A program made the position numbers and the translations under genes. Positions 43,030 to 53,396 of a DNA stretch of 64,000 bases are shown one piece after another (within the stretch, counting starts at the first letter, position 1; each line of letters opens with the position of its first letter). The DNA is from a virus. The notes under the pieces are model-generated. The model ran no database searches. It saw only the letters and a program-made list of their open reading frames with translations, and was not told the DNA's origin. The stretch is from positions 98,300 through 162,299 of the IMG/VR virus record IMGVR_UViG_3300028394_000044; one strand, 5' to 3'.

Positions 43030-43611
43030 ATGACAGGATACGAAGCATTTTCAAATTATCATGTGCTTAAATTGCACTTTACAACCAGCTATGATTATTT
43101 CAAATATGGTGGTAAGTGCAATATCAACATTGAGTCTTTTGAAAAACGTAGAGACAAATACCACTTCTATAAATTATCACGTAAATATGAACTTGATGAA
43201 TACCGAGAATTTGTAATTTCAAGTTTACTTACCAATGATAATTGTTGGGCAGGTACTTTGTTAGAAGATGATTCTCAATTAGCTCACACTAAAAGAATGT
43301 CCATCTTACAATCTCTTGGGTATAATTTCAAAAATGACTGTGTAATAATTTCTGATGCTGGCAATTTAAATTCACTATTGAAAACTGAAGGCTCTTATCC
43401 AACACTTTTAACAATGACGTTGCAGAAAGTATTAAACATTGAAACATTGTGCATACTGAATGCATTAATGAATTTTTTACCGATGTGGGAAAGAAAAATA
43501 AATGATGATATTCGATGGCCAAACATACACCGAAAAATTGTGAAGTACAGTCCGTTCATACAATTTCCCAAAGATATATTCCGCAAACACGCAATTGAGA
43601 TTTTAAAATGA
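43030..43611 (+). CDS. 59: Helicase loader gp59
   Basis: LKLHFT..YDYFKY..FEKRRDKY. Confidence 0.88.
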   Translation: MTGYEAFSNYHVLKLHFTTSYDYFKYGGKCNINIESFEKRRDKYHFYKLSRKYELDEYREFVISSLLTNDNCWAGTLLEDDSQLAHTKRMSILQSLGYNFKNDCVIISDAGNLNSLLKTEGSYPTLLTMTLQKVLNIETLCILNALMNFLPMWERKINDDIRWPNIHRKIVKYSPFIQFPKDIFRKHAIEILK

Positions 43612-44090
43612 TTGAAAAACTATATTTGGATATGGATGGCGTTCTCTGTAATTTTGAGCGCCGATACTTTGAACTGTATGGTGAATTGCCCGGTTCAATG
43701 CGAGATAGGAAAGAATTCTCGTTACATTGGGAAGATTTCATTATGACCAAACAGTTTGAAACTCTCGATATGTGGCCTGGTGGTGAAACATTAATTCTGT
43801 ATGCAGAATCACTTAGCATTCCTGTTGAGATTCTTACATCTTCTGGTGGAAACAAACACCATGACAAAGTAGCTGAACAAAAAATGGTTTGGCTAAAAAC
43901 AAAAGGAATTGAATTTCCTTGCAATGTGGTATCTGGTCGTAAGAACAAAGCGAACTATGCTACATCTAAAACTATTCTGGTTGATGATACTGCTGATGTT
44001 ATTCAGGCATTTAATGCCGCTGGCGGAATAGGTATTCTTCATAAAGAAGCCGGCAATACTTTGATGATGCTGGAAAAGCTCTTGACTTGA
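43608..44090 (+). CDS. HAD-family 5'(3')-deoxyribonucleotidase
   Basis: YLDMDGVL, ILTS and ILVDD. Confidence 0.85.
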   Translation: MIEKLYLDMDGVLCNFERRYFELYGELPGSMRDRKEFSLHWEDFIMTKQFETLDMWPGGETLILYAESLSIPVEILTSSGGNKHHDKVAEQKMVWLKTKGIEFPCNVVSGRKNKANYATSKTILVDDTADVIQAFNAAGGIGILHKEAGNTLMMLEKLLT

Positions 44091-44163
44091 GCATATATAC
44101 ATGATATAATGCATATTGTGGATAAAAATATACAACGTAATACAACTTATACAAGGAAAAACT

Positions 44164-45048
44164 ATGTCTTTCGCAAATCTAAAGCGTAACCGCGACAGCC
44201 TCGATAAACTAACGAAGGCTATTGAGAGCACCTCACAAAATGCTGAAGCTGGCTCTAAAGATGATACTAGATTCTGGCAAGCAACTGTAGACAAATCAGG
44301 TAACGGGATGGCTACTATTCGCTTTCTGCCCGCTCCAAGTATCGATGGTGAAGATGGTCTCCCATGGGTTCGAAAATTCGACCACGGTTTCCAGGGGCCC
44401 GGTGGTTGGTTCATTGACAACTGCTTAACAACTCTTGGTGAGAAGTGTCCAGTATGTGAGCACAACAGCACACTATGGAATTCAGGTGTTGAAGCTAATA
44501 AAGAAATCGTTCGTAAACAAAAGCGCCGTTTGAGTTATATCGCAAACATTTATGTCGTTTCAGATTCTGCAAATTCTGAAAATGAAGGTACGGTTCGTCT
44601 ATTCAAATTCGGTAAGAAAATCTTTGATAAAATTATTGAAGCAATGAATCCAGAATTTGCTGATGAAACACCATTGAATCCATTTGACTTTTGGGAAGGC
44701 GCTAACTTCAAATTGAAGATTCGTAATGTTGAAGGTTATCGCAACTATGATAAATCTGAGTTTGCTGGTATTTCAGCCCTATTTGATGATGATGCAAAAT
44801 TGGAGAAAATTTACTCCGAGGAACACTCACTGAAAGAATTCACTGATAAGAAGAATTTCAAGCCATACGAACAATTGAAGGCTCGCCTAGATAAAGTTCT
44901 TGGCTTTGAAGGTGATATTGTTCCTGCAACACGGGCTGAAGATGTTGAATTGCCAACACCTGTTGCGAGAAGCGTAAAACCAACCGCACCTGTTGCGGCT
45001 AGTACTGATGATGACTTGGATTATTTCAAGTCTCTAGCAGAAGAGTAA
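44164..45048 (+). CDS. 32: Single-stranded DNA binding protein gp32
   Basis: IRFLPA, HGFQGPGGW, CPVCE, NYDKSEF and acidic tail. Confidence 0.96.
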   Translation: MSFANLKRNRDSLDKLTKAIESTSQNAEAGSKDDTRFWQATVDKSGNGMATIRFLPAPSIDGEDGLPWVRKFDHGFQGPGGWFIDNCLTTLGEKCPVCEHNSTLWNSGVEANKEIVRKQKRRLSYIANIYVVSDSANSENEGTVRLFKFGKKIFDKIIEAMNPEFADETPLNPFDFWEGANFKLKIRNVEGYRNYDKSEFAGISALFDDDAKLEKIYSEEHSLKEFTDKKNFKPYEQLKARLDKVLGFEGDIVPATRAEDVELPTPVARSVKPTAPVAASTDDDLDYFKSLAEE

Positions 45049-45054
45049 AATAAG

Positions 45055-45079
45055 AAACCCACCTTTCGGTGGGTTTTTG
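45055..45079. terminator. Terminator between convergent genes
   Basis: AAACCCACC-tttc-GGTGGGTTTTT. Confidence 0.85.
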
Positions 45080-47458
45080 TTACATAATAAAAGTTCTACT
45101 CATTACCTTTATGAATTCAGAATCAGAAGTATCCGCAAGTGCTATAGGAACACCAGAATTTTGTTTATTAACACCTTGTTGCACTGGTGTTTGAACAACT
45201 ACAGTTTCCGGTTTTTTAGCTAGTACAGAATCTCTCGTACTTCTAACATCATTTGATGCTGTAGTTAGCGTTTGGCCTTTATTACTTGGTGTATTAGCAA
45301 AGTCTGCAATTTTTTTATCTGTGGAATTTGCAGGAGTCCTCATACGTTCTTCCATTAGAGGTATAAAATCTTTAACTTTTGTTTTGAAAAGTTCTGGATT
45401 ATCTTTTTCGCGTCCAACAGAAAGTCGAGCGGCTTTTACTGCATCAGCAACTATCATATCTGGCGTGTTCTTAGCTGCTCTAAGAACAGCCATTGCTCCA
45501 CCCGCACCAAGATAATGTGCCATCTTTAAATTTCCCGGCGTCAATTCAAAACCAGCCTTGGTTAAAGATTTTTTATTATCACCAAGCAACATATCCTGAA
45601 GTCTCTCTTGTATTTTTGGATCAAATTTAGTAGTTTCAGGATTTAATGTTGTATCTTCTTTTAGTAATCGTGGTACTAGTCCTGGTTTATTTGGATATCC
45701 AAATAATGTTTCATTTGTAACTTGATATTTACCGACCGCGCTCGGGATACTGTTTTTTAATCTTCCTTCTTGATATTTCCGAACTTCTTCTAGTGTCATG
45801 TCGGTAAGAGATTTTCCTGTTGCAGTTGCTGCCTGATTTATGTACTTACCTTTATCTTTACCTTCTGTAATACGATAATCTCCATAAGATACATTATAAT
45901 TACCCGCAGATTCTGTCATAGCGATTCTTTGATTTTCATCTGAAACTTTTGGTATAGCTATAGGAGCCGGTGCCGTTGGTTTTGAAACGGGTGCTGAAAT
46001 TGGTGCTGGTGCAGGAACTGCCGTTGGTTTTGAAACGGGTGCTGGCGCATTGGATGGTGCTGGCGCATTGGATGGTGCTGGCGCAGAGGATCCATCGTCC
46101 CAATCACTGCCAGAGCCGGCGTCAAATCCGCCCAAGTCTGGGGCAGCTGGCGCATTGGATGGCGCTGGCGCATTGGATGGTGCTGGTGCAGGAACTGCCG
46201 GTGGTTTTGAAGCTGGCGGTGAGGCTGTGGCTTGCGATTCTCTATATGCAGCAAGTTCTTCTGCTGTTGCACCTCCCTGTCCACCTCTTCCACTTCCTTC
46301 ACCTAGTACGGGTGGCGAAATTACCATCTCTTTAGTTGGTTCTTTTTCGCCAGCAGCAACTGCTTTTAATTGCTTTTCTGTATATCCTTCTTCTTCATAA
46401 ACTGCTGGGCCCTTAACAAGAAGCTCTTCTGCATACTTTTTAGTCAGTTGCTTTTTTGATTCTTCTCTTTGTTCTTGGGCTATTTTTTCTGTTGATGGTT
46501 TATCGGTTCTTAATACATTTTTTATTGGATCATAACCCGTTTCATTTATAGTTGCAGAACGTATAGCCGGATTATTCAATTTTTTTAATCTTTCTTCTTC
46601 TTCTTTAGATAATGATCCTGTGGCTTTTTTCTTTTCGGCTAAGGCCTGATATTCTTTTTTATCTTCATCATAGCTGCCGCGCATGTAAGATAACATTGCA
46701 GCTGCCGTTCCTAGTGCGAGTAAGCCTAAGAATACAGGATTTGCAACAACTAGGGCAGCAACTCTAAAAATTCCAGATAAAGCATTTGAAGCAATACCCA
46801 TAACTGACATAATATTTTTAATGCTAAAAATTTCGGTAATAGATTTAAGAGCGCCACTAAGAATAGAACCTAACATATCTGGAATTTTTGATATTATGCC
46901 TTTTAGACCAGCAAATAAGATAGTTCCATATTCTAACAATTTACCAATAAAACCTTTTTTATCTTTTTCATCATTTGGTTTTTCACCAATTTTTGTAGGC
47001 TTATTTTTCTCCATAGCACTCTCATATTGTGCTTCACGTTCTTTAGCTTTACTAAAAAACATATCGGCTTTAGTGGATGGAGTGCCACCTTGCAACTTTA
47101 CCAATTTAACAATATTTTGGCGCATCACATTCATATCACGGCTCATCATAGGAATACCCATAGTATTCTTGGCGGTGATGGTTGCGTTTTGGTTAATGGA
47201 TTCTAATATTGTATTGTCAACAGCAGGTGTGGGTGTTACGGAAGCAGTTTGATTTGAGCTTAAATTTTTTGAAGGAGTAGCGGAATATCCTTTACCGAAC
47301 ACTTTTTGTCCAATAATAGAGCCAAGACCAGAACCACCAAACAACGCATTACGTATGTCTAGTTTTTCCCGTACTTTCTTGCCAATAGCACTGGCTGCAC
47401 CGGAAACAAGTCCTTTGGATTTATACTCGTTTTTTAAGATATCTGCTAATTTACTCAT
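45080..47458 (-). CDS. Baseplate hub/tail-associated protein with lysozyme-like domain
   Basis: Follows gp51; TESAGNYN..MTLEEV..AVGKYQ..HYLGAGGA. Confidence 0.65.
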   Translation of the reverse strand: MSKLADILKNEYKSKGLVSGAASAIGKKVREKLDIRNALFGGSGLGSIIGQKVFGKGYSATPSKNLSSNQTASVTPTPAVDNTILESINQNATITAKNTMGIPMMSRDMNVMRQNIVKLVKLQGGTPSTKADMFFSKAKEREAQYESAMEKNKPTKIGEKPNDEKDKKGFIGKLLEYGTILFAGLKGIISKIPDMLGSILSGALKSITEIFSIKNIMSVMGIASNALSGIFRVAALVVANPVFLGLLALGTAAAMLSYMRGSYDEDKKEYQALAEKKKATGSLSKEEEERLKKLNNPAIRSATINETGYDPIKNVLRTDKPSTEKIAQEQREESKKQLTKKYAEELLVKGPAVYEEEGYTEKQLKAVAAGEKEPTKEMVISPPVLGEGSGRGGQGGATAEELAAYRESQATASPPASKPPAVPAPAPSNAPAPSNAPAAPDLGGFDAGSGSDWDDGSSAPAPSNAPAPSNAPAPVSKPTAVPAPAPISAPVSKPTAPAPIAIPKVSDENQRIAMTESAGNYNVSYGDYRITEGKDKGKYINQAATATGKSLTDMTLEEVRKYQEGRLKNSIPSAVGKYQVTNETLFGYPNKPGLVPRLLKEDTTLNPETTKFDPKIQERLQDMLLGDNKKSLTKAGFELTPGNLKMAHYLGAGGAMAVLRAAKNTPDMIVADAVKAARLSVGREKDNPELFKTKVKDFIPLMEERMRTPANSTDKKIADFANTPSNKGQTLTTASNDVRSTRDSVLAKKPETVVVQTPVQQGVNKQNSGVPIALADTSDSEFIKVMSRTFIM
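45968..46215 (-). repeat. In-frame Pro/Ala linker repeats (APSNAP, SKPTA)
   Basis: 18-bp unit GCTGGCGCATTGGATGGY in two tandem blocks. Confidence 0.85.
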
Positions 47459-47640
47459 TTTGTCCTCTGCATTGCTTTTATACGTTCTCGTTCTTCTTCA
47501 AGATGCCTCAGTAACATATTTACATAAAGCTCTTTTTCCCACGGTATCATGGTTTCCAGTTCTGTCAGACTATACTTGTGGTGTTGCATTAATGCAAAGT
47601 TAGTCTGGTAATGATTTCCCAGATTATCGTGACAGAACAT
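47455..47640 (-). CDS. 51: Baseplate hub assembly protein gp51
   Basis: MQHHKYSLTELETMIPWEKELY. Confidence 0.85.
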   Translation of the reverse strand: MFCHDNLGNHYQTNFALMQHHKYSLTELETMIPWEKELYVNMLLRHLEEERERIKAMQRTK

Positions 47641-48377
47641 TACCCGAAAAAATTTTGAATTCCTTCTAACTCAATTTTATCTTCATGTTGGCATTTAAAA
47701 CATTTGAAATCCAAGGTCTTTTTTAATTTTGGCATTGTGTCAAAGAATTGTTTTATTTTTTCAATGTCACTCATTTGTAACTGTTCAATAAAATCTTGCA
47801 ATTCTTCATCGGAGAAATCTTTTGCATAGTAGACATTTTCAGCATCATAAACATAGTCAATACATTTAATCGTTATGTTCAATATTGCAGAAATATCATC
47901 TTTTGAATTGGCACTGTTCATTATAGTCAAGTCTGGATACTTCATAACAACACCAAATTTGTCAGTAATTTGAATTTTCTTATCGTGTTCTGATTCAAAC
48001 TCTGGCTCAATCTCAGTCAACTTCAAATCAATTTCGACTACATTTCCACAAGTTTTGGTTTCTTGGTTTTCATCCATAACTTGATTATTGCATTTGTATT
48101 TTAGATTGACAACTTCTCCAACAGACACGGCTCTCAAATTTAAAAATAAATATTCAATATCAAACAGTGGTAATTTGTCAACGTCAAAACCTTCAGTCAA
48201 AACACAATTATTTAAAATCTGTTTAATGGTGTTGATAACCGCTTCAATGTCTTCACTTTCATTTGCCATTAGGAATAGTTTTTCCTCTTTGACAGTGAAA
48301 GGACGATATTTCAATTTTTGACCATTTGATTTTAAGGTAATCGTGTAGGTCGGCACATCAATTCTTGGTAATCCCAT
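47640..48377 (-). CDS. 26: Baseplate hub subunit gp26
   Basis: YRPFTVKEEK..LRAVSVGE..FFDTMP. Confidence 0.9.
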   Translation of the reverse strand: MGLPRIDVPTYTITLKSNGQKLKYRPFTVKEEKLFLMANESEDIEAVINTIKQILNNCVLTEGFDVDKLPLFDIEYLFLNLRAVSVGEVVNLKYKCNNQVMDENQETKTCGNVVEIDLKLTEIEPEFESEHDKKIQITDKFGVVMKYPDLTIMNSANSKDDISAILNITIKCIDYVYDAENVYYAKDFSDEELQDFIEQLQMSDIEKIKQFFDTMPKLKKTLDFKCFKCQHEDKIELEGIQNFFG

Positions 48378-48392
48378 AATAACTCCAGTAAA

Positions 48393-49157
48393 TTATAAAA
48401 GTATGTTTTTCAATGTCAAACTAGCAATCTGATTTTTCAATACACCTAAAGGTATTCCGTTGAGTAATGCTTCAGCAAGAACTGCATCAGCATTATAAAC
48501 ACCTTCATAAATTGTTCTATATTTTTTGTATGTAAATTGTACAGTTAATCTATGAAAATTGTCTTCACTCCAACTCAAAGGTTGTGGAGATATACTAATT
48601 GGATAAGCATCAATCAATTCAATTGCATAAATCTGTTTAATAAATTCATCGTATTGAATAATTTTAATATTGGTCAAATAACGAGTTGCATCATCATCGG
48701 GATAACGTAGGTTATTCGTATCGGTTGGCATAATTGATTCTAACCAACGATCAAACAATTTTCTCTCATAGAAATCATTTGTACAGAGAAATGTTAAATT
48801 GGTTCCTTCACCGTATTGTGTTTGATAAGGAACTTTATATATTGGTCCATAAACTTTAGCGTCATGTGTTATTAAAGATTTTCCTGGTAATTCGGCCGCT
48901 TCACACTGCAAAGATAGATATCTTGAAATCGAAGGATTACTGGTCTTTGATTGTTCATCAGTAACATCACGGTTAAAAACATCAGTAATATCTGAAATGA
49001 ATGTATTTTTTATATTGACTAATTGTTCAAGAAAAGATTGTCCAATAAACTTATTGATATAAGTTGGAATAGGCAATATAACTTGGAAACGGTTAGGTTT
49101 AGCCAGACCATTTTTTGCATTGATATTGGAAATAAACGATTGAGGTAAAAATGGCAT
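48393..49157 (-). CDS. 54: Tail tube initiator gp54-like
   Basis: GLAKPNRF..CEAAELPG..DAYPISI..LTVQF. Confidence 0.75.
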   Translation of the reverse strand: MPFLPQSFISNINAKNGLAKPNRFQVILPIPTYINKFIGQSFLEQLVNIKNTFISDITDVFNRDVTDEQSKTSNPSISRYLSLQCEAAELPGKSLITHDAKVYGPIYKVPYQTQYGEGTNLTFLCTNDFYERKLFDRWLESIMPTDTNNLRYPDDDATRYLTNIKIIQYDEFIKQIYAIELIDAYPISISPQPLSWSEDNFHRLTVQFTYKKYRTIYEGVYNADAVLAEALLNGIPLGVLKNQIASLTLKNILL

Positions 49158-49735
49158 TAGAATTTCTTTCTGGAGTCTGCCCAGACTTTTCCTGTGCTTG
49201 CTTTTTGAAATTGTTCAACGGGTAACAAAGCAGCAATGTCCCATTCATCAGCAAAAATTTCAACAAATCTTGACTTTACATGAGAACCGAGATATCTTTT
49301 GATACATGGAGTTGCTTCAAATGCTTTTGAGAACGCAGCAAGCATCTGATAATTCAGTCTAAGTCTTGTCTGCATATCAAATCTATTGTCTGTTGCATGT
49401 TCGCTCAATTTATCCAAAAGAATGATTCGTTGTTTTGGATGAATATAATGTAAATTTAATCCTAAAAATCCATCAGGATATGGTTGAATTGGTATTACCA
49501 ATGGAAATCTATCATAGTATGGCAAATTATCTTTTGTTTTTGGATCATAGTAGAAAAAGTACATATGACCAACGAAATGAGAATCTGTTTGTCGTTCTTT
49601 ATCGCGCATTATTTTTTGAGGAGTTGGGTTTAAATCCCCCATTTTTAAACGTAACCAGTCTCTAGCTTGGCGAGTACGTGCCTCGTAGCCAGTTTTAGTT
49701 AACTGTTGATTGATTCTGTCCATTAGATAAGCCAT
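49157..49735 (-). CDS. 2: DNA end protector gp2
   Basis: YDPKTKDNLPYYDRFPL..GLNLHY. Confidence 0.92.
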   Translation of the reverse strand: MAYLMDRINQQLTKTGYEARTRQARDWLRLKMGDLNPTPQKIMRDKERQTDSHFVGHMYFFYYDPKTKDNLPYYDRFPLVIPIQPYPDGFLGLNLHYIHPKQRIILLDKLSEHATDNRFDMQTRLRLNYQMLAAFSKAFEATPCIKRYLGSHVKSRFVEIFADEWDIAALLPVEQFQKASTGKVWADSRKKF

Positions 49736-49767
49736 GATCTATTTATTACCTTTTTTGTGTTAAGTTT

Positions 49768-50220
49768 TCATTTAATGCCTAATTCCTTTTCCGTTAGTAT
49801 TTGGAATTTCCAGCCGTGGGTATGACAGAACTCCTCGGCTGCTCTCCATTTCATTTGATTGACAGCATAAGTTTTAACTTCTGTTAAGAATCTTTGTGTT
49901 CTTCTTTTACCCTGTATTGGTTTCTGTGTCTGGGCAAACGGTTTAACCTCGATAACATAAGTCATTACAGTATCATCTTTACGTTTAACTTTAATTATGA
50001 AATCTGGGAAGTATCTATGCCTCTTGTTATCAACTGGACTAATGTAAGGAATTGCTAATTCCTCTGAAGACCACCAGATAATTCCTGGATGTCCATCAAA
50101 GTATTTCATACAACGTAATTCCCAAGATGACCGAAAAACTATATTTTCAGCATTTCCGTTGTATTTTTCTGGATGAACTGGTTTAAACCAGCCCTTATAG
50201 GTATTCTTGCCATAACTCAT
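49768..50220 (-). CDS. 4: Head completion protein gp4
   Basis: RSSWE..SSEE..HRYFPDF..EVKP. Confidence 0.92.
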   Translation of the reverse strand: MSYGKNTYKGWFKPVHPEKYNGNAENIVFRSSWELRCMKYFDGHPGIIWWSSEELAIPYISPVDNKRHRYFPDFIIKVKRKDDTVMTYVIEVKPFAQTQKPIQGKRRTQRFLTEVKTYAVNQMKWRAAEEFCHTHGWKFQILTEKELGIK

Positions 50221-50227
50221 ATAAATA
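50220..50227 (+). promoter_or_regulatory. T4-type late promoter
   Basis: TATAAATA about 20 nt upstream of gene 48. Confidence 0.75.
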
Positions 50228-50248
50228 TGTAGTCAATCAAGGATCAAC

Positions 50249-51391
50249 ATGGCACTATTTAACCTAACAGACATTGAAATAAAACCTTTTTCTAGAACTG
50301 GAGTATATGATTCCCAGTCTAGAGTTTCGGGCACAAATAATGATGAAAAATACAATTTAAATCAACATCGTTATCCTTCTGATTTGGGTCAAATGGATAA
50401 AGGTCATTATATGATGATCTTCATTAATGAACAAGTACATACACAAGTTAATTTAGTCGATGCAATGTTGGATGATCCTACGGTTATTGCTAATGCCAAA
50501 GAATATGGAATAAGAAAACTTAATCAAGCAATCGGAGATACTTTAACTCCCATCGTTAATGCTGGAGCTAATCTAGTATCGACAATAGCATCTTCAGAAA
50601 AAGTAGCTGAAGCTGTAAAAATAACAAAAGATGCGTTTAAAAGGATAACAGACACGGTTGGTGTTCGCACAATCCGTAGAACCGCAGAAACTATTGCACT
50701 TTATATGCCAGATAGTTTGGTTTTTAGTCAACAACAAGGATATTCAGACTTGGAACTCGTTGGTGATTTAACAAAACTTGCTTCAGGAACTGCATCTGTA
50801 GTAGATGGAATGAAACGAGGAATAGATACAACAGAAAGCCTTAAAAATGGTGCAGTGAACTTATCACCTTTTCTTGCAAGTATGTTACCTGGTAAATTAG
50901 GACAGGCTGCATTTGCTGTAGGATTTGGTTTGGTTAATAATCCAATGTTAGAATTACTATACTCGGCTCCAGTATTAAGAGAATTTAATTTTGACTTTAT
51001 GTTCTATCCTCGTTCAGAAAAAGAAGGTAAAGAAGTTCAACAAATCTTAAAAACTCTAAAATTTCACCAAGCTCCGGAAATAAGAAAAGACAGTTATTCC
51101 AATTTTTTGATTCCACCTTCCGAATTCGATATAAAATTTTACTATAACGGATATGAAAATCCAAATATTCCTGAAATTTCAACTTGTATTCTAACTAGTA
51201 TCGATGTTAATTATGCTCCAAATGGATTTTCTACTTATGAAGTTCCTCGTGATTTTAAACCAAAGTCTGGTGGAACTGGTATGCCAGTTGCTATTGGTTT
51301 ATCTCTAAAATTTAGAGAAACAGAATTTATGACTAAAGATCATTATACTGACAAAAAGGAAAAAGGAATAGATTTTTATGGCGTCTATTAA
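50249..51391 (+). CDS. 48: Baseplate tail tube cap gp48
   Basis: IALYMP, NPMLELLY..REFNFDF and FRETE. Confidence 0.88.
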   Translation: MALFNLTDIEIKPFSRTGVYDSQSRVSGTNNDEKYNLNQHRYPSDLGQMDKGHYMMIFINEQVHTQVNLVDAMLDDPTVIANAKEYGIRKLNQAIGDTLTPIVNAGANLVSTIASSEKVAEAVKITKDAFKRITDTVGVRTIRRTAETIALYMPDSLVFSQQQGYSDLELVGDLTKLASGTASVVDGMKRGIDTTESLKNGAVNLSPFLASMLPGKLGQAAFAVGFGLVNNPMLELLYSAPVLREFNFDFMFYPRSEKEGKEVQQILKTLKFHQAPEIRKDSYSNFLIPPSEFDIKFYYNGYENPNIPEISTCILTSIDVNYAPNGFSTYEVPRDFKPKSGGTGMPVAIGLSLKFRETEFMTKDHYTDKKEKGIDFYGVY

Positions 51392-51429
51392 TCTGTTTAT
51401 GATACTAACACTTTAAATACCAATAAACA

Positions 51430-52065
51430 ATGTCAAAATATTTTAACTATTTCAACCAAGTCTTTTATGACATTTCTGGTGACAACAAAACGTATGACAC
51501 CATTACTAATCTGACAACTAAATTCTCCTTTAGTTCCGCAATAAAAGATAACTCCGTGCTTTTCTATAAATATTCAGTAATTGATGGAGAGACTCCAGAA
51601 GTTTTAGCTCATAAATTATATGGATCATCCGAAAAACATTGGATTTTATTATCTGTCAATAATATTACCGATCCAAGATTAGAATGGCCAATTGAACAAA
51701 GAAGTCTTATAGACTTGATAGAAAAAAATTATGTACAATATGCAGCTAACGGTCAATCCGGTTTGCAATGGGCGCAATCAAATATTCATTCTCGTTATAT
51801 TGTAGAAAAACAATTAAATCCAATAACTTCAGATATTACATCACGAACATATACGGTTGATTCCAATACATATAACACCACAGAAATTAGTACAACAAAT
51901 ATAAACTTGCCAGGTAGTGGCTTTGTAACGAACTCGACCGAAAAATTTACACAAACTTTTTATGAATATGAAGTTGAAAAAAATGATGATAAAAGAATAA
52001 TTAAAATTTTAAAACCTGAATATGCTCCTGCACTTGAGCAAGAATTTAGAAATATTTTTAAATAA
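51430..52065 (+). CDS. 53: Baseplate wedge gp53
   Basis: GETPEVLAHKLYG..HWILL..YEYE..N..KR. Confidence 0.9.
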   Translation: MSKYFNYFNQVFYDISGDNKTYDTITNLTTKFSFSSAIKDNSVLFYKYSVIDGETPEVLAHKLYGSSEKHWILLSVNNITDPRLEWPIEQRSLIDLIEKNYVQYAANGQSGLQWAQSNIHSRYIVEKQLNPITSDITSRTYTVDSNTYNTTEISTTNINLPGSGFVTNSTEKFTQTFYEYEVEKNDDKRIIKILKPEYAPALEQEFRNIFK

Positions 52066-53396
52066 TGAATACACCAACACTTGGCTTTGAAATAGTAAGT
52101 CTCACACTTGAGACCATAGATGGTAAAGGTGGAATAGACATTCGTAATATTTACGATGAGATAAACATCTTTGAAAATATAATGTTACCTTGCATGTCCG
52201 GAAATATTTTAATTCGTGATGCTATAGGTTTAGCAAATAAATTAAATTTTGATGGCAGTGAATATATCCGTGTAAATATCATTAAAGACTCAAAACTTTT
52301 AGATGCAGACTTTCAGATGAGTTTTAATAGAAGATTTGTAATCTATAAGATGAGTAATCGTAGCTCTGTTACTCAAAACTCAGAAACATATGTTTTACAT
52401 TTTGTATCAGAAGAATTTTTACTTTCACAACAAAAGAAAGTTAGAATAAACTTCAAAGGCACTCATTCGGATATGGTTGTTTCCATATTAAAAGATTATT
52501 TGGGATTAGAATATACCACTCCACAAATTGGTTCTATTCAACCTTCCACTGGAGTTTATGAATGGGTAAGTCCTAATATTTCACCATTTGAAGCAATCGA
52601 TTATTTGACAACAAGAGCAATCAGTACGGATGGTTTATCCGACTATGTTTTTTGGCAATCTCCGATAGGATATAATTTTAGACCACTTTCAGAATTGATG
52701 AAACAAGATGGGTATGTCAATATTACATTTGGTGCAAAAAATTTACCAGAAAATAGTTATGATTCCAGCAAAAGCAGGTATGTTTCAGAACTTTATGGCG
52801 CTAGAGATTTAAAAATTGTTTCACAGTTTAATCATTCTGAAAATATTCGTTCAGGAGTTTATGCTGGAAAATTTATTGGATTTGATACTCTGACTCGTAC
52901 TATACACAATCGTAAAATTAATTATAGCGACATTTATAAATTAAGTTCCGACCATGCTAATAAATTTCCTAACAACTATAAAATTCTAAACAAAGAATAT
53001 AATACATCAGATCAACAGTATGATTCCAGAATTACTTTATATCCATTTGAAACACCTAGGGCAAATAATCAATATTTAAAAAGCTCAAATGATTCTGAAA
53101 CAACAAATTATATTGATGATACTGAAAATTACATTTTACAGCGTAGATTGATATTTGCAAATTTAATGCAAAAGCGACTTAAAATTTCAATGCCAGGCAA
53201 TTTTCAGTATAGTGTAGGAATGATGTTAAATTTGAATATACCAAAAAATAATAATATTGATAATTTACAAACTGGTGGAGATAAAACTTTAAATGGTAAA
53301 TATATTTTGATTTCTTTGAGGCATGTTATCAGATTTGATAGACATGAAACTCTATTGGAAGTTGCAACAGATTCTACAAATTATGGAGCAAATTAA
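52065..53396 (+). CDS. Baseplate hub protein (gp27-like)
   Basis: Lies between 53 and 5; IFENI..SGNILIRD..GKYILISLRH. Confidence 0.65.
   Translation: MNTPTLGFEIVSLTLETIDGKGGIDIRNIYDEINIFENIMLPCMSGNILIRDAIGLANKLNFDGSEYIRVNIIKDSKLLDADFQMSFNRRFVIYKMSNRSSVTQNSETYVLHFVSEEFLLSQQKKVRINFKGTHSDMVVSILKDYLGLEYTTPQIGSIQPSTGVYEWVSPNISPFEAIDYLTTRAISTDGLSDYVFWQSPIGYNFRPLSELMKQDGYVNITFGAKNLPENSYDSSKSRYVSELYGARDLKIVSQFNHSENIRSGVYAGKFIGFDTLTRTIHNRKINYSDIYKLSSDHANKFPNNYKILNKEYNTSDQQYDSRITLYPFETPRANNQYLKSSNDSETTNYIDDTENYILQRRLIFANLMQKRLKISMPGNFQYSVGMMLNLNIPKNNNIDNLQTGGDKTLNGKYILISLRHVIRFDRHETLLEVATDSTNYGAN

Noticed and set aside
45958-46400. Alternative-frame ORFs over the Pro/Ala repeats
   Set aside because: Stop-free by-products of GC-rich in-frame repeats
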